This document shows, in pieces, positions 43,897 to 64,000 of a stretch of 64,000 bases of DNA (the stretch's first letter is position 1; each line of letters opens with the position of its first letter). Source of the stretch: the human T2T-CHM13v2.0 reference genome, Homo sapiens; the NCBI RefSeq assembly GCF_009914755.1, contig NC_060931.1. One strand, written 5' to 3'. The position numbers and the translations under genes are program-made. The notes beneath the pieces are model-generated. The model ran no database searches and was not told the origin of the DNA. It was given only the letters and a program-made list of their open reading frames with translations.

Positions 43897-43973
43897 ACAT
43901 TAGATACTACATTGAACAAAAGAAAAAAGAGTTGTATTTACTCAAGAAATCAAGTACTTCAGTAAGAGATGGG
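43897..43973 (+). CDS. DBF4: DBF4 exon 6 (DIRYYIEQKKKELYLLKKSSTSVRDG)
   Basis: aag acceptor, gtatgt donor, 77 nt, frame continuous. Confidence 0.93.
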
Positions 43974-45179
43974 GTATGTTTTCTTTTTCAATTTTTAAAG
44001 TGACCAAGCTTGGTTTTTTTACTTACGTATTTGCAAAGTTTTCCTCCCAAGCAGAAAATATCCTAGGGGCAAGCCTGTGTATGATGTGCCTGTTTCTGTT
44101 ATTCAAATAAATCGAGTGTCATTTAACTTTAGGGTTGTACTCACCAGGTAAAAGTTGTTCCTGGAATAGTGGCATAGGTCGCTTCCTCAGCCCCCTTTTG
44201 TTACTGCTGTTTTGTAACAGGTACTTTTATTTATTCTGTAGAAAAATCACTAAAATCAGCCTGTTGTATAAACGTTCCTAATGTAAGTAATGTACTTCTT
44301 TTTGGAATATAAATATGTACTATCCTTTTCAACTGCTCTAAATGGTATAACAAAATCTCGTTTTAGCATAGCTAACTGGCCTGACCTTGAAATACTTGTT
44401 AAACAACCACATTGGTTGTTAACGTTCTGTTAAACCTAATGTTCCCATTATCTTCAGTCCCTTTCCTTTTCCTTGTTGCTTCTTTGAAGCATCTATACAG
44501 TTTCAGGCTTTTTCCATCCTTTAAAACAAATACAGTAAAACCTCCCTTGATCCCACATCCCTACCTACCTATTATCTAATCCTTGTAATTCCTCATCCAA
44601 AGTTCTCAGATCTCTACTTTTATACTTCCCATTCACTTTTCAACCTACAAGGTATAAAACTTCTGACCAGTTTTCCAAATCATTTTGATACTTTTTAAAC
44701 CCAGTCATATTGGTTCTCTCAGCTGTTGTCCATTTCTTCCTTAAACTTTTCTATTCTCTTCTGAAATTTCATCTCTTAGCTTTCTCCTGATCTCTTCATA
44801 TTTCTCAGACCATTCTTTTGTGGCCTACTTTTCCTTTGTTCAATATTTAAATGACAGGGATCTAAAAATAATAAACTGATAAGAGTGTATATAGAGACAT
44901 GAAGCCATAGTAGGATGGCATATTTTAGAAATCTTGTATAGCATAATACAGCCTGATCTTTGAGTGTGCCAGTGACAAAAGATAAAGCTGGAAAAACCAG
45001 CATGTTAAGATTATAAAGTACCTTGCCCTATATAAAGGAGTTAGATTTTATCTTGGAGAGTTTGGAAAATTATGGAAAGATTATAAATAGAGTAACCTGA
45101 TTGGATAGTCATTTTGGAAAGATCTTCTGGTTGACAGTAAAGAATGAATTATTTGGCAAGACTGAAAAATGGCTTTTGA

Positions 45180-45518
<339 letters not shown>

Positions 45519-46170
45519 TAGGATGACCACTTGGTATATACATGCCGTATATAAGGCTGCATAAACTTTTTATGCATTTCTCGTTTTTAATAAATTCACG
45601 TTTATATAAGGATAATTTGCAGAAAGCAACAAAGTAGTATTTAAATAAAACTATCAATCAAAGTGTAAAAATGATTTGGAAAACTGGTCAGAAGTTTTAT
45701 ACCTTGTAGGTTGAAAAGTGAATGGGAAATATAAAAGTAGAGATCTGAGAACTTTGGATGAGGAATTACAAGGATTAGATAATAGGTCTGGGTTAAAAAT
45801 TTAAATGACTATTTCCAAATTTTCACAAAATATAAGTGGATATTCCTGTATTGGACTTTGCTAAATGGCATATAAATTGCCTCTACCACACTTAGCAGAT
45901 TGTTTGGATTGTATATAGAAGTAAATGTTTAAAAAAATGTAAACTCATAAGGACATTTATGGACTCTGAATACACAAATTATGTCTGTCTTCATGTATAT
46001 GTGTATATATATCTGAAATAAGTTTCATAGAACAATAGTTACCCTCCTTAATGTGGTGGATATTAATATTTCTGTGGTATTTTCATTTCTTAAAAATATT
46101 GATCACAACTCTGAATTGACTTTATAGCCTACTGATAGGTCACAGTTTGCAGTTTAAAAAGCATTCTGGG

Positions 46171-46480
46171 GGCTAAGCATGGAGGCTTATGCCTCTAATC
46201 CCAGCACTTTGGGAGGCCAAGGTGGGCAGATCACACGAGGTCAGGATACCAGCATGACCAACATGGTGAAACCCCCATCTCTACTAAAAATACAAAAATG
46301 CCCGGTGTGGTGGTGCATGCCTGTAATCCCAGCTACTTGGAAGGCTGATAGAAGAGAATCACTTGAAGCTGGCAGGCAGAGGTAGCAGTGAGCCGGGATC
46401 ACCCCCACTGCAGTCCAGCCTGGGTGACAGAGTGAGACTCCATCTCAAAATAAATAAATAAATGGATGGATGGATAGATA
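46171..46480 (+). mobile_element. AluS with compound (TAAA)(TGGA)(TAGA) tail
   Basis: Alu dimer; TSD agcattctggg. Confidence 0.85.
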
Positions 46481-47099
46481 GCATTCTGGGATGTTATGTC
46501 AGTGATCCTGAGAAATGTTCAAGGCCTGGCTTAAGGCAATAACAAAGGGGAGGGGAAGATTTGAAAGATACTTAATTGGTTTCAGTGCCTAGTCAGTGTC
46601 TTGAGTCTAGTATTTACTAGATTATTAACATCATAAAGACCAAGTTTAGTCCTCATCATTCCTTCAGTAGTAACAAATATTAAATGCCTGCTATGTGCCA
46701 TGCAGTAGGAGCCCTCATAAAACGAAGAAAAGATAAAATAGCTATGAAACAGATCTTAATCTTTCTTCTAAAATAAAAATGATAATAATACCAAATATCT
46801 TGATAGTCCAGAATCTATATCTGGTTGAATTGATACTCATACTGGAAATTTTTATTTTGGTATATAAGAAAGGAATGTTTCTGGAAAATTTTTAGTTTGC
46901 CAAGTACTAAAACAAAATTAGTGAAATTACATTTAAGAGTCTTGAATGGACATGTATAAATTTCAAAATGTTTATTAGGTTCCCATAAATGTTCTTATTA
47001 GTATGTATCTTATTTAAAATATGGTAATTGGATAAAGGTATTTTACTCATTGCTTTATTTAAAGTGCTTTGAGGTTTGGGCTTTTCTTTTTTTTTTTTT

Positions 47100-52010
<4,911 letters not shown>

Positions 52011-52388
52011 ATCTTTAACATATTGAATCTTTGCCTAAATTGACTGACTAATAAATGTTGACTAATTTCTTTATTCAATTTAATACAAAGATTTTGCTGA
52101 ATAAGGGCATAAAAATAATATGACTTTTAAAAAAACATTTCATTAACTACCTTTTCATTATTGGTTTTCTTTTTATGAAGTCAAAATCAATTATAGCTAG
52201 AATGCAAGGTACTTGCTGAGTGTATTGTAAAACATTTAAAAACAATAGTTTTTTTTAACAAAGAATAATCCTTCTTTGATATAGCACTTTTCTGCATGAT
52301 TTTTTTATCTTGAAGATACTGAGCAATTGCAGTTGCTGTTTTAACTGTACTTTCAAAGCCAATCTTTTCACTATATATTTTTTTTTAG

Positions 52389-52425
52389 GGCAAAAGAGTT
52401 GGTAGTGGTGCACAAAAAACAAGAA
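52389..52425 (+). CDS. DBF4: DBF4 exon 7 (GKRVGSGAQKTR)
   Basis: T-tract tag acceptor, gtaagt donor, 37 nt. Confidence 0.93.
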
Positions 52426-52519
52426 GTAAGTATTTTGTGATCTTTAAGTGTATTTGGTTTGCATTTGAAAAATCATAAAAGATCTTCTAAAATCATATAA
52501 ACCACCCTCTAAATGATTT

Positions 52520-53000
52520 ATTCAAGGCTTTCTTCGTCTTTATAGAACATAGATCCTTGGTGAAGTTTGGTGAAGCCTGTGGACCGCATTTTCAGAATGA
52601 TGTTTTTTTTAAAACGTTTCCTTTAAAAATCATTAGTCTACCAAGAAAATGAATTATATTAAAATGTAGTTACCAAAATAGTTTTTAATTGTGAAATAGT
52701 GATAACTTGCTTTTTATTACACAGAACAGATTCTAGCAGTGAATCTAATTGCCACTTCATTTTGAATTGATAAGCGTAAACAATGCTTTGAGATATCTGC
52801 TCAAGCAGTTCATAACTGATGAAAATATGTGCAGTTTCTATTAGCATCAAAGTCGCAGGTACTGCGAATAGTGTGATTTGTTACATTTATAATTGAAGGA
52901 AATGCTAAATTTCAGTTTGAGGTTAGTGAAGACAATAGTGTAGTTTTTCTCCTGTTCTAATTTATGACCTTCCTGAATCCTGTTAATTTGAGGGTTCCAT
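52520..53000. mobile_element. hAT-Charlie-like DNA transposon remnant
   Basis: tggtgaagcctgtggacc...cagaatgatgttttt resembles Charlie4-type consensus. Confidence 0.45.
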
Positions 53001-53209
53001 TTAGTTTAAGAATCTCAGAATATAGGAGAGAGCTTCTGTTATTTTTGGAAATGAGGTGATAATGGAAGTACCTCATCTGAGGCTTAAAACTTTAAAGTGG
53101 ATACATAGTTTTTTGTTTGGAGGGTTTTGTTTTGCCACAGTAGTTTTATTAAAAAAAAAAAAAGAATCCTGAATTTGCAAGTATCTAATATGTTTTCTAT
53201 GTTCTCAAG

Positions 53210-53255
53210 CAGGAAGACTCAAAAAGCCTTTTGTAAAGGTGGAAGATATGAGCCA
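53210..53255 (+). CDS. DBF4: DBF4 exon 8 (TGRLKKPFVKVEDMSQ), motif M start
   Basis: aag acceptor (NAGNAG), gtaagt donor, 46 nt; PFVKVED motif M. Confidence 0.92.
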
Positions 53256-53670
53256 GTAAGTATTTAAGTCCAATCTGTATGATTTAAGTGCAATACTAAA
53301 GAGGAAAATCACCTAACTAATTAGGCTAGCTCGATTAGTACTGTTAGGTTCCTTTGTGTTTGATTTATATTATACTAATGTGCATGCGGCACAAGTTAAC
53401 GAAAGTAGCATTAATTCATTTGTGCTCAAGGACTGAATTTAGTTTCAGTATGTTGTAGATATTCCTGAAATAGCTGGTTTAGAAAAATCATGACACCGTT
53501 TTTTTAGTATTTAAATTATTCTCTGGCTAAATGCAGTACCAAATGATTTAGAACTACTGAAAGATTACGCCTTCATTTGCGAAAAAGAAATTATTAGATG
53601 CTATTTAGAAACAGAAAATCTAAGTATAACATCTAACATGGTTGATTTCCAAAATTCTGAAGTATTGTAG

Positions 53671-53993
<323 letters not shown>

Positions 53994-54199
53994 ATGTGGG
54001 ATAATCTTAATGAAGACCACAGATATAAATAGGCCTGCCATGAGAGAATTAGATTACTTTCTTTTTTCTTTCCACTTATTCATTTAGACATCTGTGGTTA
54101 ATTCTCTTGGGTACTCACACTGAGGCGACAAAAGTGTATTGAAAACTGCTTTTTATGAAATGTGTTGCTGTGAAGAAAAAAGTGCAATTCAAAAGGAGG

Positions 54200-55970
<1,771 letters not shown>

Positions 55971-56136
55971 TTAAATGTTAAAAATTGTTAGGCCTGAAAT
56001 TGATTTTTTGAAGGAAAGCCTAAATAATTTGTTATTTCAGATTCCAGCTTAATTATATGATTTTGAAATACAAAACTTTAAACCTTTTTTCTTTAATCAT
56101 AAAGAATCTCATGTATTTGTCTTTTTATTCTTCTAG

Positions 56137-56265
56137 ACTTTATAGGCCATTTTATCTTCAGCTGACCAATATGCCTTTTATAAATTATTCTATTCAGAAG
56201 CCCTGCAGTCCATTTGATGTAGACAAGCCATCTAGTATGCAAAAGCAAACTCAGGTTAAACTAAG
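56137..56265 (+). CDS. DBF4: DBF4 exon 9 (LYRPFYLQLTNMPFINYSIQKPCSPFDVDK...QVKL)
   Basis: ttctag acceptor, aag|gttggt donor, 129 nt. Confidence 0.93.
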
Positions 56266-56679
56266 GTTGGTTTGAATCTTTACTTTTAGAAGGAATATTC
56301 AGAATTTCATCTCAATTTTTCTTTGTAAAGATTTGAAATAGTTTCATTTATGCCATAATGGTTATTTGTGTTTGTAATTACTATTCTGATTACTTTTATA
56401 AGTCTGAATCTGTTTAGATGGAGGTGGGGAGGGCCTTAAAATATTTGTGAATAATGAAAATGTGTAGTTTATCTTGAATGATCTGAAATATTCTCCAGAA
56501 TATTCATTAAATCTTTAGTTTGCTTCTCAATATAGTATAAAGAAATATGATTAAAAGTACTTGCTGATACAAGTCTCTGCAAATTATGCAGATTGTGTGT
56601 GATAGTTTAGGACAATAAATTTTTAAAGTTATTCCTTAGGTTCAGCAGTTAATTCTTTACCATGTATGTCTGTCATCAG

Positions 56680-56794
56680 AATCCAAACAGATGGCGATAA
56701 GTATGGTGGAACCTCAATTCAACTCCAGTTGAAAGAGAAGAAGAAAAAAGGATATTGTGAATGTTGCTTGCAGAAATATGAAGATCTAGAAACT
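56680..56794 (+). CDS. DBF4: DBF4 exon 10 ([10 protein letters not shown]...[17 protein letters not shown]), motif C zinc-finger Cys half
   Basis: catcag acceptor, gtaaat donor, 115 nt; GYCECC motif. Confidence 0.95.
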
Positions 56795-58939
56795 GTAAAT
56801 GTGATTTTATATTTTGGGGGCTTGTTTCGAAAACTGTAATACTTGTGTTTTAAATTTTAGCTTGTTATTCTGATGCAGATATTTTACATTTTAAGAACTC
56901 AAGGGAGGAAATGAGTATTGAAAATGAATTTTTATTCAGCAAATACTGAGCGTCTACTACATACTGATCACTACTCTGGGCAAACAGCATTGAACAAAAC
57001 AGACTTAATTTTTTACCGTTGTGAAGATTATATTCTGTAGGGTAGGGGTGGGATAGGGGTGGAGATAGGTAACCACAGGATAAAAGAAGAATAAAAATAT
57101 AGAGAGAGAATATTAGATCAGTGCTATGAAAAAATAGAACATAGGAATGGGGATGTTGCTATTTAGCCTAGACAAGGAACACATAACTGATAAGGTGACA
57201 TTTGAGTAGAGACCTGAGAGAAATGAAGTAATGAGACCTGGATATTGAGATAAGTAAGTGCAAAGGTCCCAATTTAAAATGATTGATGGGACCAAGGAAT
57301 AGATATTGATAGTCCAGACTAAGTGGTAGTAGAAGTGCTGAAACATGGTCAGATTGTGGATTTGTTTTAAAGGTGGGACCAAGAGGATTTGCCAATGGAT
57401 TGGATGTTGCAAGTGAGGGAAAATGGTAGTCAAGGGTTACTATAGTATTTTGAACCTTAGCAATTAAAAAGTGGGCTTATTATTTATAATGGGAAGAGAA
57501 GAGTTGAAAGAAGTAAAGACCATTGAGGTAGCAGAAAGAAATGGGAGAGTTGCAAAGGGTATATAGGATGAAAATGGGGGAACTATTATAGTTTGTAAAC
57601 TGATGAGCAAGAGCTATGGATTCAGGCTGCCAGGTTTGAATCCTGGCTCCCTGGCTGTGTGAGCTTGGACAGTGTTTGGCACATAGTAAGTGCTTATTGT
57701 TAGCTGTTATTTGAATAATTTTTTACGTAATAGATAGGTTTGTTTTGGTGTTTGGTTCGGTTTTGGTAGAAGATGGTGGGAAAGTTAAGGGGAAAGAATA
57801 ATACTGGAACATATCTGTCTTCAGACTCTGAATTGAAGTTTGTTTTATAAACCAAAATATATTAGTGTTTTGTGTCAGTTTTTTTGTTTTTATGTAATAA
57901 ACAAGAAAACTATGATTAGTCTAAAATTGCTTTTAATCAGAAGCTAAAGTATCTCAGAAATATTTCCCCTTCCTGAAAATAATTTTGAAAATTAAAATTA
58001 CAGATTGGTCCTGAAGTTTTACTTTGCTGGTGTAGCAACAAAATAATCTGGAATGGATGCTTAATTTGGTTCTCAGAAAATGTCGAGGCTAAAAAATGAA
58101 AAAATTGTTCAGTGGTTGCCACAAAGAAGAAAATTAGTGAAAGCAGATGTTGAGATTAGAGGTTGGGATTGAAATTTAAGGTCATGTTTTTACAGTTTTC
58201 ATTTATATGTTTCTTAGTTGCTAAGAGTAAAGACATTTTTTTTTTGAATGTTAGGTTTCATAATGATTCAATTCCACTTGTATCAAGGGATTAATTAACA
58301 CATATTTTTGAGTACTGGGGAGAAAGCAACAGATAAGGCGGACATCCCTACCCTTATGCACCTTATGGTCTGGCAGTGTAGATAGATAGAAAATATGTAT
58401 TTGCAAGTGTGATGAGTTTCACAAAAGTAAAGTATGAAGTGCAATGGGAATAAATAATGAGGTTATTTAACCTAGAATGAGGGTCTCAAAAGGCCCAACT
58501 GAACACAGGTGACGCTTTAAATTAAGACTTATAAGGATGAGTAAGAAGAACTTAATGGAAATTAGAGGGGAACTAAATAAAAGTTGGAAATTTTTCCTTC
58601 CCAGAACATTAACAGAGTGAATCTGAGCTTACAAGATTTGATGCTTCCTTTTAAATTTTGATAATTCTTATTTTTATTACTGGGCATATATAATTTGTAT
58701 ATGGTAAAGTTTGCAAGTAATGAAGGAATACATGTATATTACAGGATGCTAGTTTTTAGAAATGTAATAAAATCATCAAAATGTAAAATTGCATGAAACT
58801 AGGGAAATAGAAATTAGGTTCTTTAATGGTCATCTAGAGGAAGCTTCTAAGTACAATTCCCTCCCTGATCAGCTGACAGACAAATAATAAAGTTAGGCTG
58901 GAGATTCCACCTATTCACAAGGAACTTTGTTTCCTGTGA

Positions 58940-59292
<353 letters not shown>

Positions 59293-59605
59293 TGGTTTTG
59301 ACTGCTCTTAAGAATGAGAATAACTTCTGTATACTCTGTTATGAGCACTGGGTAATTGAGATCATTTGTTTTGGTCATTCCCAAATGTGTTCTTCAATTA
59401 CGAATCTTGGCTTTTTTAGTACTTCACAGCATTTAATGTGGTTCATGTGTTTAATCTACTTTCTGGATTCTTTTATGTTAACTTATATTTCATTCATTTA
59501 TTATTCTATAAGCTCTGCCTTATTTAGTGATAATTGCATGAAGACAAAGTAATAGAGGGAAATGTGTTTTCCAAAATGTTACTGTTGTCTCTCTCTCTGT
59601 ATCCC

Positions 59606-59909
59606 TTTTTTTTTTTTTTTTTTTTTTTTGAGACGAAGTCTTGCTCTGTTGCCCAGGCTTGAGTACAGTGGTGCCATCTCTGCTCACTGCACCCTCCACC
59701 TCCTGGGTTCAAGTGATTCTTCTGCCTCAGCCTCCCAAGTATCTGGGACTACAGGCATGTGCCACCAGGCCCAGCCGATTTTTTGTATTTTTAGTAGAGA
59801 TAGGGTTTCACCATGTTGGCCAAGCTGGTCTCAAACTCCTGACCTCGGGTGATCCGCCCACCTCGGCCTCCCAGAGTGCTGGGATTACAGGCATGAGCCA
59901 CTGCGCCTG
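59606..59909 (-). mobile_element. AluS
   Basis: Poly(T) plus Alu reverse complement. Confidence 0.88.
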
Positions 59910-60208
59910 ATCTGTGTCTTCGTTTTCTGACACAGCTCATTCTTTTCAGTTCCATTGTAACTACAAATTAGTACTTGTCTTTTCTCACTGAAGACTAAAA
60001 ACCAAAGTAGTTTTACTGGCTTCTCAAAAGTGACTTTTATTTTATTTTATTTTAAACGTCTTTTGAAGTCTAGTAAAGGGTATTATCTTTGGAGTAGTTA
60101 TTGGAAACCTAATTTTAGGGGCATGAGAATGTTAGAAAACCTTAATTAAAAAGGCATCTCTTGATTTTAAATACAATTTTTTGATACATGTTTTTAATTT
60201 TGTTTTAG

Positions 60209-60333
60209 CACCTTCTAAGTGAGCAACACAGAAACTTTGCACAGAGTAACCAGTATCAAGTTGTTGATGATATTGTATCTAAGTTAGTTTTTGACTTTGT
60301 GGAATATGAAAAGGACACACCTAAAAAGAAAAG
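60209..60333 (+). CDS. DBF4: DBF4 exon 11 (HLLSEQHRNFAQSNQYQVVDDIVSKLVFDFVEYEKDTPKKK), zinc-finger His half
   Basis: ttttag acceptor, gtaatt donor, 125 nt. Confidence 0.95.
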
Positions 60334-60374
60334 GTAATTAGTTTTATCAACCTAAGTTTTAAATTCTACTAGGC

Positions 60375-60674
60375 GGCCAGGGGTGGTGGCTCATGCCTGT
60401 AATCCCAGCACTTTGGGAGGCTGAGGCAGTTGGATCACTTGAGGTCAGGAGTTCGAGACCAGCCTAGCCAACATGGCAAAACCCCATCTCTACTAAAAAA
60501 ATAAAAAATTAGCCGGGTGTGGTGGTTGCACACCTGTAATCCCAGCTACTCGGGAGGCTGAGGCAGAAGAATCACTTGAAACCCAGGAGGCAGAGGTTGC
60601 AGTGAGCCAAGATTGCACCACTGCACTCCAGCCTGGGTGACAGTGAGACTCCGTCTCAAAAATAAATAAATAAA
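60375..60674 (+). mobile_element. AluSx-like
   Basis: Alu dimer; TSD-like aaatt(c/a)tactag. Confidence 0.88.
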
Positions 60675-60872
60675 TTATACTAGAATATTAAACTATTAAA
60701 CTAAAAATAAACACAGTTTTCCTGTTCTTAGAAGGAATATGTATTTTCGGGATGTAAATATGGTTAAAAACCAGTAGCTTCTTCCCTACTATCAAAGATC
60801 CTTACCTTAGACTACTTTTAGTTCCATTCTTTTTAAATTTTCTTTTTATGTAAAACTTTTCCTTTTTTAAAT

Positions 60873-61260
60873 TTTTTGTTTTATTTTGAGACAGTCTCGC
60901 CCTATCACCCAGGCCGGAGTGCAGTTGCATAATCTTGGCTCACTGCAACCTCTGCCTCCCAGGTGCAAAAGATTCTCATGCCTCAGCCTCCTGAGTAGTT
61001 GGGATTACAGGCGTGTGCCACTACACCCCACTAATTAGTCTCATTCTTGACACTGTAGTTTAGAAGGAGTTGGCTGACTTTTCCTGTAAAGAGCCAGATA
61101 GTTGATATTTTAGGTTTTGTGAGCCGTAAGATCTCTGTTGCAACTAATTAGCTTAGCTTTTTTGTACAATGGATATGACTGTATTTTGACGCAATTTTAT
61201 TTGGAAAAATAGACTGACGGCTAGATTTTGCCCACAGGCTATATAGTGTATCAGCTCCTG
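60873..61260. mobile_element. Alu right monomer (minus, ~60873-61036) followed by MER58A (~61065-61260)
   Basis: Alu reverse complement; MER58A ttttcctgtaaagagccagatag. Confidence 0.7.
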
Positions 61261-61795
61261 TTGTAGAACCATAAAGTTTACCATTTACTCAGACTAAAAC
61301 ATTTTATTGAACTTTTAGGTAATATTAAGGAGTTTTAAGAAAACTTCCTCCACTTGCCCCTTAGGTCTTTATATTTCACTAAATATCTTTGCCTAAACCT
61401 TATGATGGGTATGTTTACTAAAGGTACTGACAGGACTTTTAAGTGTGAATACAGTACTGCTCAATGTACACCAACTGCACATTGACAAAAATTGTCCTGA
61501 TTAGATTATTCCTATAAACTTAAAGGGATGGTTTCATATGGATATACCCTAGAGGTGGTGATAACTCATTAAGTTAGTCTTTATTCTTAGACTAATCTTA
61601 CTTAAGACATAAAGAAGATTAGAAATGTGATAACAAGATACAGCTTCTGAAAATTAACCAGAAAGTTTTTTTACTTCAGGTAAAACAGTTCTTAAATTCC
61701 ATATTTCTGTGACATTCAGAATGGTTTCATGACTGACTTAATATGGATTTGAAGAGAAGGCATATTTCCAACTATTAAAACTATGTGGGCTACTG

Positions 61796-62097
61796 TGCCC
61801 AGGCAGGGTGTCTCACACCTGTGGTCCCAGCACTTCGAAAGGCCGAGGCGGGCAGATCACTTGAGGCCAGGAGTTCCAGACCAGCCTAGCCAACGTGGTG
61901 AAAGCCCATCTCCACTGAAAAAAAAAAAAAATTAGGTGGTGGCACATGCCTGTAGTCCCAACTACTTAGGAGGCTGAGGCGCAAGAATCACTTGAACCCG
62001 AGAAGCAGAGGTTGCAGTGAGCTGAGATCAGGCCACTGCACTCCAGCCTGGTTGACAGAGAGACTCTGTCTCAAAAAAAAACAAAAAACAAAAAAAC
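61796..62097 (+). mobile_element. AluS
   Basis: Alu dimer; TSD aaaactatgtgggctact. Confidence 0.87.
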
Positions 62098-63104
62098 TAT
62101 GTGGGCTACTCTAAGAACTTATAATTCCCTAAAAACTCAGTCTGCAGCAAAATTCTGAGCTAGTACTGGTTGTTCCTTAATTGTCACTTCTGTGGGCAAG
62201 TGTCCTAAACATCTTGGACTTAAAAGCCATGTTAGAGTAGTTTTTTTTTTTTTTTTTACATTTTTTTATTGCCCATTTGTTCAAAGAGAATTGTTTGTAA
62301 GTAAATGTATGAACAAGATAAAAAAGAACATTCTGGTTGAAGGGGCAGGAAAAATTGTATTATTTCTCACAGTTAATCTGTGACATGCGGAACACAAAAT
62401 GTAATTGGTGAGCTATTAACTTTTTCTCTAATTGTATATTATTTAGGTTTGTCTAATACAAACTGGAATTTCAGGGATATCAAGATGCTCCATGAAGAAA
62501 ATAATTTTAGGTCAAATATGTTTGAAGCTTAAAAGTTACAACTTTGTCACCTTTGAAAGTATAAAGATACTAAGTTTCTAGCTCACTTTGATATTAAATA
62601 TTCTTAAATGTAAATTTAAAATATATGTTTTTGCCATAGGTTTCTCAGTAAATACTTATTCTCCACATTGCTAAGTAAAATGAAGAGTAAAATGTGCATT
62701 AATGTAAATCAAAGCACAGAAGTTAAGAAATTGTTCAGAATAATGAAAGCAAAATTAGGGGCAGGCTCAAATCCCTTTACTATCAATTTCTTTCATTTAC
62801 ATGATTAAAGTAATTTTAAATGTCAAAATTCAGGATATTGGTTATCTGGGAGGGAGGCAGGGAATGTAGAGGAGAAGAGAGGTACACTAGGGTTTTCAGC
62901 TATATCTGAAAAGTTGTATTACTTTAAAAACAGCTCAAGTAAATTTGGCAAAATGTTAAGATGTTTGTATTTTTGTAAAATTTCCTAAGTTAAATAGGTT
63001 TCTTAAAGATTATATAATGTTTTTACTAATTTAATTTCTAACTACTCAGGAATTTGTTTTGATAGCAATTATTTTAATATTTTTCTTCTATTTTTCCTAC
63101 AAAG

Positions 63105-64000
63105 AATAAAATACAGTGTTGGATCCCTTTCTCCTGTTTCTGCAAGTGTCCTGAAAAAGACTGAACAAAAGGAAAAAGTGGAATTGCAACATATTTCTCA
63201 GAAAGATTGCCAGGAAGATGATACAACAGTGAAGGAGCAGAATTTCCTGTATAAAGAGACCCAGGAAACTGAAAAAAAGCTCCTGTTTATTTCAGAGCCC
63301 ATCCCCCACCCTTCAAATGAATTGAGAGGGCTTAATGAGAAAATGAGTAATAAATGTTCCATGTTAAGTACAGCTGAAGATGACATAAGACAGAATTTTA
63401 CACAGCTACCTCTACATAAAAACAAACAGGAATGCATTCTTGACATTTCCGAACACACATTAAGTGAAAATGACTTAGAAGAACTAAGGGTAGATCACTA
63501 TAAATGTAACATACAGGCATCTGTACATGTTTCTGATTTCAGTACAGATAATAGTGGATCTCAACCAAAACAGAAGTCAGATACTGTGCTTTTTCCAGCA
63601 AAGGATCTCAAGGAAAAGGACCTTCATTCAATATTTACTCATGATTCTGGTCTGATAACAATAAACAGTTCACAAGAGCACCTAACTGTTCAGGCAAAGG
63701 CTCCATTCCATACTCCTCCTGAGGAACCCAATGAATGTGACTTCAAGAATATGGATAGTTTACCTTCTGGTAAAATACATCGAAAAGTGAAAATAATATT
63801 AGGACGAAATAGAAAAGAAAATCTGGAACCAAATGCTGAATTTGATAAAAGAACTGAATTTATTACACAAGAAGAAAACAGAATTTGTAGTTCACCGGTA
63901 CAGTCTTTACTAGACTTGTTTCAGACTAGTGAAGAGAAATCAGAATTTTTGGGTTTCACAAGCTACACAGAAAAGAGTGGTATATGCAATGTTTTAGATA
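63105..64000 (+). CDS. DBF4: DBF4 last large coding exon (IKYSVGSLSPVSASVLKKTEQKEKVE...), truncated by window end
   Basis: Pyrimidine tract plus aaag acceptor; reading frame open to base 64000 and continuous with exon 11. Confidence 0.95.

Noticed and set aside
63105-63110. AATAAA at the start of the DBF4 last exon (also one in SLC25A40 exon 2)
   Set aside because: Common hexamer in AT-rich exonic sequence; no further support for use as a polyA signal
63198-63458. 86-aa minus-strand ORF
   Set aside because: Antisense shadow of the DBF4 last coding exon

Overview
Human-type (primate) genomic DNA that I recognise from the spliced translations as the SLC25A40/DBF4 head-to-head locus (7q21). 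Minus strand: the 5' part of SLC25A40, a mitochondrial carrier of the SLC25A39/40 glutathione-import family. It has two non-coding 5' exons and six coding exons in the window, and the gene continues beyond base 1. Plus strand: DBF4/ASK, the CDC7 regulatory subunit, with coding exons 1-11 and most of the large last exon, which runs off the end. The genes share a CpG-island bidirectional promoter at about 31.7-33.1 kb with GC boxes, E2F sites, an MCB box and a CHR. Introns are filled with Alu, L1, L2, MIR, LTR (MER11, THE1 x2, LTR14-like, MER21, MER50, MLT1, MST) and DNA-transposon remnants; repeat family names come from recalled consensus sequences and many boundaries are approximate. Most interesting leads: (1) a spliced 62-aa uORF spanning all three SLC25A40 5' exons and stopping 4 nt before the main AUG; (2) an AUG-UAG start-stop element just upstream of the DBF4 AUG; (3) in-frame AAG/CAG tandem acceptors at both junctions that split DBF4's basic NLS-like motifs; (4) a sense THE1 LTR with a splice donor upstream of SLC25A40 exon 2; (5) a near-consensus AluYb8. 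No prokaryotic features are present.
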